IMG/VR virus record: IMGVR_UViG_3300012665_000878
Coordinates: 1 to 53,267 of that record
Strand: one strand, 5' to 3'
DNA: 53,267 nt
Source: a virus
Lineage: Duplodnaviria; Caudoviricetes
Part shown: positions 1 to 9,616 of the stretch, in pieces
Position numbering within the stretch: the stretch's first letter is position 1
Layout of the letters: each line of letters begins with the position of its first letter
Notes under the pieces: model-generated
Database searches by the model: none
The model's input: the letters and a program-made list of their open reading frames with translations, nothing else
What the model was told of the DNA's origin: nothing
Translations under genes and position numbers: made by a program

Positions 1-32
1 AAGATCTTTATCGTCGCAACGCTGGCCTTGTT

Positions 33-1805
33 GTGCTCAATGTGCTTATGGCTGATCGCGATCGTACTGGCGGGGATCGCGATCTGGCCGCAGCTCTTAA
101 ACAGTATCCTGTAATACTTCCAAGTGTTCCTAGTGATCGAACAAAGAATGCTCCTAGGGCGCCAGGCTCAGCAATACTAGGACCAGAGTGGTTGGATCAA
201 ATTGTTCAATATCCTGGATTGATTGCTAACATACCTAGTTTAGAAAATTCTGCTGCTGGCATAGGTATAGTTTCAACACTGCCAGAAGTCGATGGCGTGA
301 ATCGTAGAATACCTTTAGTGGTCAGTGTTAATGATAATCTTTATCCTAGTCTAAGTTTAGAAACCCTACGTGCGGCAGCAGGCGACTCGACCTTTCAAAT
401 TAAACTAAATGAATACGGTGTTGAGAAAATGCGTATTCCAAAGTTTGGCCCTGTCAGCACAGATCCGTTGGGTCGTATATGGATCGACTGGAGTCAACAA
501 AACAAATCAGTTAGTCTAACTAACTTGCCAAAAGACTTTGGAGGTGCTGTTGTTATAGTAGGTCCAACAGCCGCAGGTATTAGTAATCCTTTACCAACTA
601 GCAAAGGCGCTGTGTTTCCGCATGATGTTCAAGCCGGTGTAATTGCTACAATGGCCAACAATGTTGTTATTCAAAGACCAGACTATGCTGATGGTGTTGA
701 GATTATAGCACTATTAGTATTTGGTGTGTTACTAATTTTCTTATCGAGGTGGACTTATGTTGGTATTGGTGCTACTGTGGTTATTATTGGTGCCGTTGTT
801 CCTAGTACTATGTACGCTTTCACTAATTGGCTCATCTTATCAGACGCGACTGCAATCTCGTTTGGTCTTATTATCGTTGCTCTTCATACTTACGGCGTCA
901 AGTTTGTAAGTGAGTTCTTACAAAAGCAAGCCATTAAGAAACAGTTTGCGGGCTACTGCTCTAAAGAAGTTGTAGAGATGCTACAGAAAGATCCAGACTT
1001 AATTAAGCGTGGTGTGCGTAAAGACGTAAGTGTTATGTTCAGTGACCTGCGTGGCTTTACTCCCATAGGTGAACACTACGGTGATGACGTTGCTGGACTG
1101 GGCAAGTACATGAACGGTTACATGGATGCTATTAGTCAGCCTATCATGGACAACAAGGGCATGGTTATCAAGTATGTAGGTGATGCTAGTATGCACATAC
1201 ATGGTGCTCCTATTGAAGATCCAAACCATGCTCGTACTATTGTTGCTGTTGGTTTAGAAATGCTAGACGCTGTAGATGCTTACACTAAAGAGATGGAAGC
1301 ACAGGGCTTACCACCTGCTGCGATGGGTTGGGGTTGTAACAGTGGTATTGGCTTCATTGGTGAGATGGGCAGCACTGATCGACACAGCTATGACATCTTG
1401 GGTGACATGGTTTCGACAGCCGCACGTTTAGAAGCACGTTGTAAAGCATATGGCGTATTGGCTATTATTGGTGCTGAAACATATAACAGAACTAAAGATG
1501 ACTTCTTCTATTTGCTATTAGATAATTTACAGCCTAAAGGAAAGTCTGTAGCTGATTTAATTTATACTGTGATACGTACTAAGGGTGTGGATTACAGCAA
1601 GGATAAAGAACAGCACGATAAAATGCATGCTTTATACAAAGCCAAGAAGTTTGACGAAGCCGCTGCTATGTGTAAGAAGTTAAAAGGCACATTTGGTGGG
1701 CAAATGGACAAGTACTACAAGATCTGGATCGAACGTTGCGATTTCATGAAACAACAGGATCTAGGCGATAACTGGAATGGTGAGTTTGTAGCTCACGAAA
1801 AATAA
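33..1805 (+). CDS. CHASE2-domain class III adenylate/guanylate cyclase (likely 5'-truncated by the window edge)
   Basis: CHASE2-like segment (PEVDGVNRRIPL, YPSLSLE), three hydrophobic helices, then cyclase motifs VMFSDLRGFT, KYVGDA and GDMVSTAARLE. Confidence 0.9.
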   Translation: MLNVLMADRDRTGGDRDLAAALKQYPVILPSVPSDRTKNAPRAPGSAILGPEWLDQIVQYPGLIANIPSLENSAAGIGIVSTLPEVDGVNRRIPLVVSVNDNLYPSLSLETLRAAAGDSTFQIKLNEYGVEKMRIPKFGPVSTDPLGRIWIDWSQQNKSVSLTNLPKDFGGAVVIVGPTAAGISNPLPTSKGAVFPHDVQAGVIATMANNVVIQRPDYADGVEIIALLVFGVLLIFLSRWTYVGIGATVVIIGAVVPSTMYAFTNWLILSDATAISFGLIIVALHTYGVKFVSEFLQKQAIKKQFAGYCSKEVVEMLQKDPDLIKRGVRKDVSVMFSDLRGFTPIGEHYGDDVAGLGKYMNGYMDAISQPIMDNKGMVIKYVGDASMHIHGAPIEDPNHARTIVAVGLEMLDAVDAYTKEMEAQGLPPAAMGWGCNSGIGFIGEMGSTDRHSYDILGDMVSTAARLEARCKAYGVLAIIGAETYNRTKDDFFYLLLDNLQPKGKSVADLIYTVIRTKGVDYSKDKEQHDKMHALYKAKKFDEAAAMCKKLKGTFGGQMDKYYKIWIERCDFMKQQDLGDNWNGEFVAHEK

Positions 1806-1930
1806 TGTATACTCCAATAGATTGGTGGTTTGATTATTCAGTTTGGCTAATGTTACAATTTAAATTTATGACACCAGCAAAAATGATAGCTCACAATGAC
1901 GATATGGAAAAGTATCTTAAGACGTTTAGT

Positions 1931-2647
1931 TTAAACGGCGTTAGAGCTTCTAATCTTTGCAAGCCCTACAAAACTTAAAAGTTTAAACCACATCCAACCA
2001 ATATCAAATTCAAACCAACGACGACTTAGTTTAGGATTAGCAGGATCTAAATGATGATTGTTGTGTAGTTCTTCGCCACCAATCAATATGCCCCAAGGCA
2101 TTACATTGTGTGAATGATCCTTTGTCTCGCCGTTACGATAACCCCACCAGTGTCCAACACCGTTGATAAAACCAGCGGCCCAGAATGGTATCCATATCAT
2201 CTGAACACCCCACACTACGAATCCCCATGGCCCAAAAAACAATAGATCTATGATCAGCATTAAAAGAATGCCAAGGCGATGGTGGGGTGTATAAAGTTTG
2301 CGTTCAATCCAGTCTTTAGGAGTACCGGCTCCGTATTTCATAACCATAGCGGCATCGCTGCCTGCTCGGTTATAAAACTTAACACCGCCAAAGACTAGTT
2401 GCCAAATTCCGAATACGTGCGGGCTATGTGGATCACCTTCTACATCTGTGTTTTGATGATGCTTGCGATGTATGGCTACCCATTGCTTGGTAGTCATGCC
2501 AGTAGTCAGCCATAACCACAGTCGCATAAAATGACTTACTACTGGGTGAAACTCAATACCTCTGTGTGCTTGGTTTCTGTGTAGGTATAGTGTAACACAC
2601 ACTATTGTGATATGCGTCATCACCAACGTTGCTATAATTTTATCCAT
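1931..2647 (-). CDS. membrane fatty acid (acyl-CoA delta-9 type) desaturase
   Basis: His boxes HRNQAH, HRKHH and HNNHH; start placed at MDKII, 4 nt after a GATAAATA motif. Confidence 0.9.
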   Translation of the reverse strand: MDKIIATLVMTHITIVCVTLYLHRNQAHRGIEFHPVVSHFMRLWLWLTTGMTTKQWVAIHRKHHQNTDVEGDPHSPHVFGIWQLVFGGVKFYNRAGSDAAMVMKYGAGTPKDWIERKLYTPHHRLGILLMLIIDLLFFGPWGFVVWGVQMIWIPFWAAGFINGVGHWWGYRNGETKDHSHNVMPWGILIGGEELHNNHHLDPANPKLSRRWFEFDIGWMWFKLLSFVGLAKIRSSNAV

Positions 2648-2654
2648 ACAATAT

Positions 2655-3305
2655 TTATCGCCTGGATAAATCGTCAACAAAGTCTAATAATAGCTTATGA
2701 TGTTTTCCGCCATGATAATAAGGCTTCATCCAACTGTGATATTCTGTATACCAACTGATTTCGCTTTCTGGATGACATCCTATAGCACCAACAGTGCCCT
2801 GGATTATTGCCATAGGATCACCGTTTGGATAACGGCTGTAAATATCTGCTGAATCTAATCCATCGCCGTGAAACGCACAACCGTCATAGAAGTACATAAG
2901 TTCTTCTTGATCTTTCCACACTACTCGCTGTGCTTTGGCATGTGGTCTTTTTGTATCTGTACCAGGACGGGTAATGTATTGACTAGCACGTATATCTTTA
3001 AACAGATCAAAGTAATATTGGTCTGCCCAATATGCTCCCATACATATTCCTAGATACTTGCCGCCATCTTTTACAAAGTTACGTACACGTTCTCCGTTTG
3101 CTTTAAAGAGTGCTTCATGACTATCTGAATCTCCAATGCCTCCAGGTACTGCTATCATATCAACATCGTCAAAAAAATTGGCATCCAAATGCCAGCTTGT
3201 AAATATTTTAAATTTATAATACGGTTGAAGGGCTTCTAGGATTCCGTTACCACATTCAATTGAACACTTCGGGTGATGAATGAATAGTGCAATTTTGCCT
3301 TTCAT
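2655..3305 (-). CDS. class I glutamine amidotransferase-like (BPL-N type) protein
   Basis: VPGG, YLGICMGAY nucleophile elbow, HPE; AAAGGA SD before MKGKIALF. Confidence 0.7.
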   Translation of the reverse strand: MKGKIALFIHHPKCSIECGNGILEALQPYYKFKIFTSWHLDANFFDDVDMIAVPGGIGDSDSHEALFKANGERVRNFVKDGGKYLGICMGAYWADQYYFDLFKDIRASQYITRPGTDTKRPHAKAQRVVWKDQEELMYFYDGCAFHGDGLDSADIYSRYPNGDPMAIIQGTVGAIGCHPESEISWYTEYHSWMKPYYHGGKHHKLLLDFVDDLSRR

Positions 3306-3323
3306 TTCTAATCCTTTCATAAA

Positions 3324-3420
3324 GCTCACTTGAGGATGCCCTCGGGCACGACTCCTACTATCATCCTCGCCCAGCAGCCGGGCACACACACCGTAATTAA
3401 ACGGGTCCTAAGGTGTGTTC
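3324..3420 (-). ncRNA. GC-rich structured intergenic RNA, family unknown
   Basis: Minus-strand stems CACACC/GGUGUG, GCCC/GGGC and GAGGAUG/CAUCCUC between a stop codon and the next SD. Confidence 0.5.
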
Positions 3421-3421
3421 T

Positions 3422-3736
3422 TTACGAGCTTCCGCTCTTTGATTCTTTGTCGTCTGTGTTGTGTTCGTTAATTTTCTTTTCTGCTTCAACACGTTCCCAT
3501 TCAATAGTTTTACCACGTAGGTGTAAAACAGTATTTACTTTTTGATTTAGTCGAATCAAATCATTATCCAGCATACGGATACGATCAATAAGAGCAATAA
3601 GAACCGTGTTAGCATCTGAGATCACAGGCTTAACTTCTGTTGTTGCCCATGTCCATACCATCTTGATGATGAATCCCATGCCAACTGCCATAACAATCGG
3701 AAAGCCATACTTGTTTACTAATTCTACAACATCCAT
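3422..3736 (-). CDS. small membrane-anchored protein
   Basis: N-terminal TM helix (YGFPIVMAVGMG) then LIDRIRMLDNDLIRL; similar to 4240..4521. Confidence 0.7.
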   Translation of the reverse strand: MDVVELVNKYGFPIVMAVGMGFIIKMVWTWATTEVKPVISDANTVLIALIDRIRMLDNDLIRLNQKVNTVLHLRGKTIEWERVEAEKKINEHNTDDKESKSGSS

Positions 3737-3877
3737 TTACTTTACTCCTTTCCAGACACCCCAAGGGTCCCAGATTTTCTGTTCTTGTTTTTTTGGTTCG
3801 TAATAATACCAAAATGCCACAGCTACTAATACAAGGCATTCTAAAAGATAGAACACCATAAATGCTTCGAAAAGCAT
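3737..3877 (-). CDS. 46-aa hydrophobic protein (not in ORF track)
   Basis: Manual translation MLFEAFMVFYLLECLVLVAVAFWYYYEPKKQEQKIWDPWGVWKGVK; AGGAG SD; abuts the next start. Confidence 0.55.
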   Translation of the reverse strand: MLFEAFMVFYLLECLVLVAVAFWYYYEPKKQEQKIWDPWGVWKGVK

Positions 3878-3903
3878 AATTCGCTCCTAATTGTAATTAC
3901 AAC

Positions 3904-4059
3904 TTAAAACACTACCCCAACAACTAACCCTACAAAGAATCCTATAGCAAGTGCTTTATAGATGTCTCGGTCGTGCCATACTGGCTGATTCTTTATATAT
4001 TCTTTGGTATGGGCTGGTAGACTATCCCACCATGCTTGCCATTTATTTTGTCTGAACAT
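3904..4059 (-). CDS. 51-aa protein with C-terminal TM helix (not in ORF track)
   Basis: Manual translation MFRQNKWQAWWDSLPAHTKEYIKNQPVWHDRDIYKALAIGFFVGLVVGVVF; fills the operon gap. Confidence 0.55.
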   Translation of the reverse strand: MFRQNKWQAWWDSLPAHTKEYIKNQPVWHDRDIYKALAIGFFVGLVVGVVF

Positions 4060-4240
4060 GCTGTTCGCCATCTTTTATAAATTTTACAAGTGGGTCTACT
4101 TTAACTAGCATAGCACGACCATTAATATTTGTTACTTTAAAATAGTCGCCGCCCTTCCACCCTAACTTGTCAATATTAAGTTCTGGATCTAATAATATTC
4201 TATGTGGTTCTAAGTCCCAATCGTAGTCGTAATATTTCAT
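4043..4240 (-). CDS. hypothetical protein
   Basis: 65-aa ORF whose start overlaps the upstream stop. Confidence 0.6.
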   Translation of the reverse strand: MKYYDYDWDLEPHRILLDPELNIDKLGWKGGDYFKVTNINGRAMLVKVDPLVKFIKDGEQHVQTK

Positions 4241-4521
4241 TAATCTCTCCTAGCATCGTTTTTGCCGTCTGCTCGAGCAATACGGTCTGTATCCGGTTTT
4301 AAACCTAATGCGTTACTTACGATAGTGTCAATACGGACAACATCGTGATTCATTGTTTTTACACGGTTATCCAAGGCTGTAATAATACCTGCCATACCTT
4401 TGATACTGCCTAGAACTCCTTGTAAAAGTAGCTTAATAGTTAAGTATACAAAATATCCGCCAGCTAGTGCTGCTGCAACTGGAAACCCTAAATCACCTAT
4501 AATTTTAAAGATATCGCCCAT
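4240..4521 (-). CDS. small membrane-anchored protein, paralog of 3422..3736
   Basis: LGFPVAAALAGGYFV TM helix, LDNRVKTMNHDVVRI; GGAG SD before MGDIF. Confidence 0.7.
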   Translation of the reverse strand: MGDIFKIIGDLGFPVAAALAGGYFVYLTIKLLLQGVLGSIKGMAGIITALDNRVKTMNHDVVRIDTIVSNALGLKPDTDRIARADGKNDARRD

Positions 4522-4558
4522 TTTTCGCTCCAACATAATTATAGCTGTATTTAACCAC

Positions 4559-4587
4559 TTGACTTAATTATTATCTGGTGCTATAAT
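4559..4587 (+). promoter_or_regulatory. sigma70-type promoter
   Basis: TTGACT-17 nt-TATAAT with extended -10 TG. Confidence 0.8.
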
Positions 4588-4617
4588 GTTAGTATATAAT
4601 TCCTACCCGAGGTTACC

Positions 4618-5100
4618 ATGCGCATCGAACTAGACAAACTATTGTGTGAAAAATATCCAAAAATGATGGTCAATCGAAACAGACCTATGACAGAAACCTG
4701 TATGTGTTGGGGCTTTGAATGCGGCGATGGCTGGTTCAATATCCTTGATCGACTCATGGGTAATATCCAACATCACATTGATTGGAAAAATGAGCAAAAA
4801 GAAAAGTATAATCGCGGCGATGGTTGCCCTCAGGTTACACTAGATCAGGTTAAAGAGAAGTTTGGCACACTGCGTTTCTACTACACAGGCGGTGACGAAC
4901 ATATCTCAGGTATGGTACGTATGGCAGAATCTATGTCAGGTGTTACTTGTGAAGGCTGCGGTGCCCAAGCAGAAACGTATTGGCCAAAAGCTGAGAATGG
5001 CGGCATTGGTGGATGGGTTCGTACAGAATGTAAACCCTGTGAAATAAAACGTGAAGAGGCCAGAGCTGCCTACGCAAAACAAAACGGATTAGAAGAATGA
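4618..5100 (+). CDS. hypothetical phage protein with Cys pairs
   Basis: GAGG SD; QVKEKFGTLRFY motif; CxxC pairs. Confidence 0.7.
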   Translation: MRIELDKLLCEKYPKMMVNRNRPMTETCMCWGFECGDGWFNILDRLMGNIQHHIDWKNEQKEKYNRGDGCPQVTLDQVKEKFGTLRFYYTGGDEHISGMVRMAESMSGVTCEGCGAQAETYWPKAENGGIGGWVRTECKPCEIKREEARAAYAKQNGLEE

Positions 5101-5324
5101 TTGAAATCTTTATACCAGTGTTGTGGATTTGTATCAATGCCAAGTGCGAATTTATGCAGGGCACAACTCATTTCTTAAACGAAGAACAATGTTATAAATC
5201 GTTGGATCGGCAAAAAGAACACATGAGAGGGCTAGTTAAGCAAGCAGGGAAGGGCACCATTACAGTAATGGAAGGTACCTGTGCCGATGCTAAAATTCGT
5301 GCTCGTGCTGAACAGTTTACTTAG
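5097..5324 (+). CDS. hypothetical protein
   Basis: 75-aa ORF with ATGA overlap. Confidence 0.55.
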   Translation: MIEIFIPVLWICINAKCEFMQGTTHFLNEEQCYKSLDRQKEHMRGLVKQAGKGTITVMEGTCADAKIRARAEQFT

Positions 5325-5340
5325 ACCAAAAGAATTAAAA

Positions 5341-6195
5341 ATGAAAATTAAATTAGTATCAGACATACATCTAGAGTTTAGTGATTTCTTTATTAAGAAT
5401 GACAATAACTACGATGTGTTGATTCTTGGCGGAGACATTATGGTTGCGCAGGATCTACACGACCATCAACCACCAGTATCCGGAGCATGGAGCGCAAACG
5501 AAATCCCTGGACTAGGACGCAGGCAAGCTGCCGCACAACGGTTTCGTGATTTTTTAAGTCGATGTAGTTTTCAGTTTCCGCATGTGATCTATGTTGCTGG
5601 CAATCATGAATTCTATCATGGCAAGTTTTTTGCCGGTTTGGATTATCTAAGAGACGAGTGCTCAAAGTTTCCCAACGTCTATTTCTTAGAGCGTGAAGTC
5701 AAACGAATCGATGATGTGTTGTTCTTAGGTGCTACACTGTGGACTGACTGTAACAAGCATGATCCAATAACTATGCACGCATTAAGTGACATGATGAACG
5801 ACTTTCGAATCATTAGGAACGACTATGCCGGGTTTCGGGCAATGTCTACACAAGATATCTGCGAACGACATAGGAATACCTTACAGTATTTCAAAACAGT
5901 ACTAGCAGATAATAAAGATACCAAGTGTGTAGTTGTTGGGCATCATAGTCCAAGTCACAAGAGCATACACCCCCAGTATGCGCACGACCAAGTTATGAAT
6001 GGCGGATACCACAGCGACTTGAGCGAGTTCATCTTGGATCACCCGCAGATCAAACTATGGACACATGGACACACCCATCATCCGTTTGATTACATGATTG
6101 GCGAGACAAGGATTGTCTGTAACCCACGTGGTTATGAAAACGATGGTTACAGCGAGGACACTGGTTGGAATCCTAATATTGTGTTAGAGGTCTAA
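5341..6195 (+). CDS. calcineurin-like metallophosphoesterase
   Basis: SDIHLE, GGD, AGNHE, HHSP and HGHTH motifs. Confidence 0.9.
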   Translation: MKIKLVSDIHLEFSDFFIKNDNNYDVLILGGDIMVAQDLHDHQPPVSGAWSANEIPGLGRRQAAAQRFRDFLSRCSFQFPHVIYVAGNHEFYHGKFFAGLDYLRDECSKFPNVYFLEREVKRIDDVLFLGATLWTDCNKHDPITMHALSDMMNDFRIIRNDYAGFRAMSTQDICERHRNTLQYFKTVLADNKDTKCVVVGHHSPSHKSIHPQYAHDQVMNGGYHSDLSEFILDHPQIKLWTHGHTHHPFDYMIGETRIVCNPRGYENDGYSEDTGWNPNIVLEV

Positions 6196-6458
6196 TGCCT
6201 GTAGTGTACAAAAACACCTGGACCGGTAAGTGGCCGTATGCGCTGATACTTACCGCTCCGGAGGTATATGATGTTCTTTACTACGAAACCGGTTTTGAAC
6301 AGCTTCATCCGATACTGCCTATACACGAGTGGATGGAAGATCGTGGACACAAGTATCAACAAGACTGGAATTGCGTTACATTAGTACCTAAAACAGAATG
6401 GGCAATTATTTTCCAAGACGAAGTTACCTGTGAATTGTTTATGTTGCGATGGCTATAA
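6195..6458 (+). CDS. small protein, F...FxLxW family copy 1
   Basis: C-terminus IIFQDEVTCELFMLRWL. Confidence 0.65.
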   Translation: MPVVYKNTWTGKWPYALILTAPEVYDVLYYETGFEQLHPILPIHEWMEDRGHKYQQDWNCVTLVPKTEWAIIFQDEVTCELFMLRWL

Positions 6459-6700
6459 AAACACCTACACTAAATTCAATCTTAGCTACTAGAGCTCGTG
6501 CTACGTTTCCCTATAGAATTAATTTTAATACTGTAGGGTATGAAACACTGCCTAGAATGAAAGAATGGTGTGAATCAAATTGTAAAGGCTTGTGGAGAAA
6601 CGAACAAACACATGCTATATATTTTCAATTTGAAAATGACCACGATGCTACAATGTTTATGTTAAAGTGGGGCGGAGCAGAAGGGAATCAGTTAAAGTGA
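6449..6700 (+). CDS. small protein, F...FxLxW family copy 2
   Basis: EWCESNCKG and FQFENDHDATMFMLKW. Confidence 0.7.
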   Translation: MAIKTPTLNSILATRARATFPYRINFNTVGYETLPRMKEWCESNCKGLWRNEQTHAIYFQFENDHDATMFMLKWGGAEGNQLK

Positions 6701-7089
6701 TACACCCTTGGCAAATAGACTTACTAGATAAAATGACAAAATATAAGGGTAAAGGACCAATACAAATTACCAATCCAAAGGCAGGTATGCGCACTTTTTC
6801 TGCGCAGGCTCTTAAAAGACTGATGGACGATCTCTATAGTTACCCTATCAGTGATATAAAACTATCCGAGGGCACAGTCTACGGTGCTCGTTATTACACA
6901 GCAGAACCTATTGGTGGTAATTGGGTGGAAATGGAAACATGGTGCTATCAAGCGTTTGGCAACGATGATTACCCTATATGGGGAGAGAAAACAGCACCCG
7001 AACCTGCTCAACGTTGGTATAAAAATAATCGAAAGTTTTGGTTTAGAAGTGAGGCAGACAGAACTATGTTTGTATTAAAATGGCGATGA
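6667..7089 (+). CDS. small protein, F...FxLxW family copy 3
   Basis: METWC and FWFRSEADRTMFVLKWR. Confidence 0.7.
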   Translation: MGRSRRESVKVIHPWQIDLLDKMTKYKGKGPIQITNPKAGMRTFSAQALKRLMDDLYSYPISDIKLSEGTVYGARYYTAEPIGGNWVEMETWCYQAFGNDDYPIWGEKTAPEPAQRWYKNNRKFWFRSEADRTMFVLKWR

Positions 7090-7346
7090 ATCTAGAAGAA
7101 GAAATTACCAACGAACTCAGCCAACAAATGTGTTCATCAATAGATTTTCAAATCCTAGGCGATATGTTGGTCAAGGCCTGCGGTTGGCATAAGGTAGAAA
7201 TAATCAATCGGCTTGAGCTAGGTTCGTTGATAGATGTAAGCGAATGGGTCAAGACTCATTGTAAAGGCAAACACATGAAACGTGACAGAACATATGTGTT
7301 TGAAAATCAAAGCGATGCTGTACTGTTTACATTAAAATGGCTATGA
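7080..7346 (+). CDS. small protein, F...FxLxW family copy 4
   Basis: EWVKTHCKG and YVFENQSDAVLFTLKWL. Confidence 0.7.
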   Translation: MAMNLEEEITNELSQQMCSSIDFQILGDMLVKACGWHKVEIINRLELGSLIDVSEWVKTHCKGKHMKRDRTYVFENQSDAVLFTLKWL

Positions 7347-7603
7347 AAGTTAGTATTCACTATTGGAGATTTGAAGATGGTTCAACGGCTCCTAATCCAG
7401 GAAATCCTTTTCCCCTAGACCCTCCTCCTCGTGGGTGGTACTGTTGGGTATATCCTGATAATGATCAAGAATTTGTTGATTGGATGGAAAAGCATTGCCC
7501 CACAGCAGACTGCACACACAGATTTAACAGCGGCGACCCAATGCACACTGTTTATATCAAAGATGACGCAGAGGCAACTATATTTCAGTTGATGTGGACA
7601 TGA
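7337..7603 (+). CDS. small protein, F...FxLxW family copy 5
   Basis: DWMEKHC and YIKDDAEATIFQLMWT. Confidence 0.7.
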   Translation: MAMKVSIHYWRFEDGSTAPNPGNPFPLDPPPRGWYCWVYPDNDQEFVDWMEKHCPTADCTHRFNSGDPMHTVYIKDDAEATIFQLMWT

Positions 7604-7836
7604 TCAAAGACGAATCGATGCCGTTTCCGATTCATTGGACACAGATTTTTGTATCTTGGGATCGCATGTTAGAACAAGATCCTAACTGTTTAAAAGTAGT
7701 ACATTGGATAGAAAACGAATACAAAGGATTAGGTAGATATCAATTGCGTGGGCCGGATTGGTGTCCAACCGCAGGATTTTTATTTTACTTTGAAGACCCT
7801 AGAGACGCAGAAATTTTTGTATTAAAATGGCTATGA
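7594..7836 (+). CDS. small protein, F...FxLxW family copy 6
   Basis: HWIENEYKG and FYFEDPRDAEIFVLKWL. Confidence 0.7.
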   Translation: MDMIKDESMPFPIHWTQIFVSWDRMLEQDPNCLKVVHWIENEYKGLGRYQLRGPDWCPTAGFLFYFEDPRDAEIFVLKWL

Positions 7837-8261
7837 TAAAAAAACGTATGATGACAAATAAAGATAGTATTTGGCCTAATGCTCGAGACTATACTAAAGA
7901 AATTAATCAGCAACTTGCTGACTCGTATTTTCAGCATCATTCTCCATACACACATAAGCCACCAAGATATAAGTACAACGTAATTAGAGACGGAGAAGAA
8001 CAAAGAGTGGAAGAATGTAGAGAATGTGTAGTTCATCAATTTTCAATGGGCGATGTCGAAGATCCAGATTTATATGCTGCTGAACCATTATACCAATGGG
8101 AACACAGTGAAGCAGGGCAATGGATTATGAAGAATGCCGCAGACACACCTACTTGGTATAGGATAGCAGATCCTGGCAATTACGGATACCGATATCAGGT
8201 ACGTGCTAAACTAATGGGGCCTGCGTTAACAGAGTGGCTTTTAAGGTACGGTGATAAATGA
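7827..8261 (+). CDS. hypothetical protein, probable divergent member of the array
   Basis: GDVEDPDLYAAEPLYQW; ends LTEWLLRYG. Confidence 0.65.
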   Translation: MAMIKKRMMTNKDSIWPNARDYTKEINQQLADSYFQHHSPYTHKPPRYKYNVIRDGEEQRVEECRECVVHQFSMGDVEDPDLYAAEPLYQWEHSEAGQWIMKNAADTPTWYRIADPGNYGYRYQVRAKLMGPALTEWLLRYGDK

Positions 8262-8527
8262 GCAGTACTCCTTATAGCATGAGGACTAGTACTATATTCA
8301 AAGCTGTAAAGGCCGAGCATGATCTTAGAGCCGATGATCGATTAATGTCATTGTTAGAATCTTATCATGCTGTGGTTGTAGAAAATGACATTGAATTTCC
8401 TGAAAAACTTACTTGGTGTTTGGAACACTGTCAAAACAAGTTTCGAGATCTTGCTCATCCTGATGGCAGAGTATGGTATTTTGAAAACAAATATGATGCG
8501 ACAATGTTTGCTATGAAATGGGCATGA
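8258..8527 (+). CDS. small protein, F...FxLxW family last copy
   Basis: TWCLEHCQN and WYFENKYDATMFAMKWA. Confidence 0.7.
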   Translation: MSSTPYSMRTSTIFKAVKAEHDLRADDRLMSLLESYHAVVVENDIEFPEKLTWCLEHCQNKFRDLAHPDGRVWYFENKYDATMFAMKWA

Positions 8528-9561
8528 AATTAATATTACAGTTTCGAGATATTAATCAAACAGTAGAAAACTACGATTTGAAATTTAATATAAGAAACAC
8601 TCCTTTGGCCACTGCTTGGTGCGATCTTCTAATTAAAAATATATTTGATACTAGACATCCTATAGAAAAGCCTTATAGTTTACACGGTTGGCAAACCAGT
8701 TGGGAAACTGATACTCCACGCAATTTAAAATATATCTGTACAAAATTAAACTCTGCTATCGACTATGTTAATCTTCGAATGAAGGAGCATGGTTACCCGC
8801 ACATAGACTTAGAGTTTACTGTAGAAAAACTACGGTCTAGGAAATATCAACAGTTAATGAATGATATCCACCACCACTTTGAAATATTAATAGGACAAAG
8901 TTGGAACATGAGCGAGTGGTATAAAAAAGCAGACGAACCTACTCGCACAGCTATACGTATGTTGAATAACTACTGTCACGAGATTGAAGGAATAGTAGCA
9001 GCTATCCGTGAACAAAAAATACTAAACATAATTCCTTTTACAGATCTTCATCCTAGCATGTCTATCAATGTTGGAATGAACTGTCCGGACTTTGACGGCA
9101 AATATTTTTTAAACAAACAAAAAGATGAAATAACCTTAGAACAATACGAATGCTTTGCTGATCAATATAAATGGGGATCTGTATTCATTTATTATTCTCA
9201 ATTAGGCAAAACACATTTCGATGCGTTTAATGACAAAGACAAAAATATAGATAAAAATAATATCAGTAGCTGGCGGTTCCTTACTGGAGAGTTTGTTGTT
9301 CATTTGCCAATCCTGCCACTATCGACTATCAGTAAAAAATTTAAAAAATGGTTAGAGAAGAACGAGTTTGATATTAATAATAAAACACTGGGTATAGGTT
9401 TTCCTGTAGTGGCTGATATCGAAACAGATCAATCTCGTAAAAAAGTTGCCGCAGAGTTACGATTAAGAAATGACCTATACCAAATAAGACTAGAAGACGA
9501 GCTCGGCAATGTTGTCCATTCTAGAATCTTTGACTACTCGTGGCAAGATCAATCTACTTGA
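8518..9561 (+). CDS. hypothetical protein
   Basis: 347-aa ORF with IHHHFE and YCHEIE His/Glu motifs; function not recognised. Confidence 0.7.
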   Translation: MGMKLILQFRDINQTVENYDLKFNIRNTPLATAWCDLLIKNIFDTRHPIEKPYSLHGWQTSWETDTPRNLKYICTKLNSAIDYVNLRMKEHGYPHIDLEFTVEKLRSRKYQQLMNDIHHHFEILIGQSWNMSEWYKKADEPTRTAIRMLNNYCHEIEGIVAAIREQKILNIIPFTDLHPSMSINVGMNCPDFDGKYFLNKQKDEITLEQYECFADQYKWGSVFIYYSQLGKTHFDAFNDKDKNIDKNNISSWRFLTGEFVVHLPILPLSTISKKFKKWLEKNEFDINNKTLGIGFPVVADIETDQSRKKVAAELRLRNDLYQIRLEDELGNVVHSRIFDYSWQDQST

Positions 9562-9586
9562 CTTAATCTTGAAATGATGTTATACT
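9558..9586 (+). promoter_or_regulatory. sigma70-type promoter
   Basis: TTGACT-17 nt-TATACT. Confidence 0.75.
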
Positions 9587-9616
9587 ATTTGTATAATAAA
9601 ACATTTGAAAGCGTTT

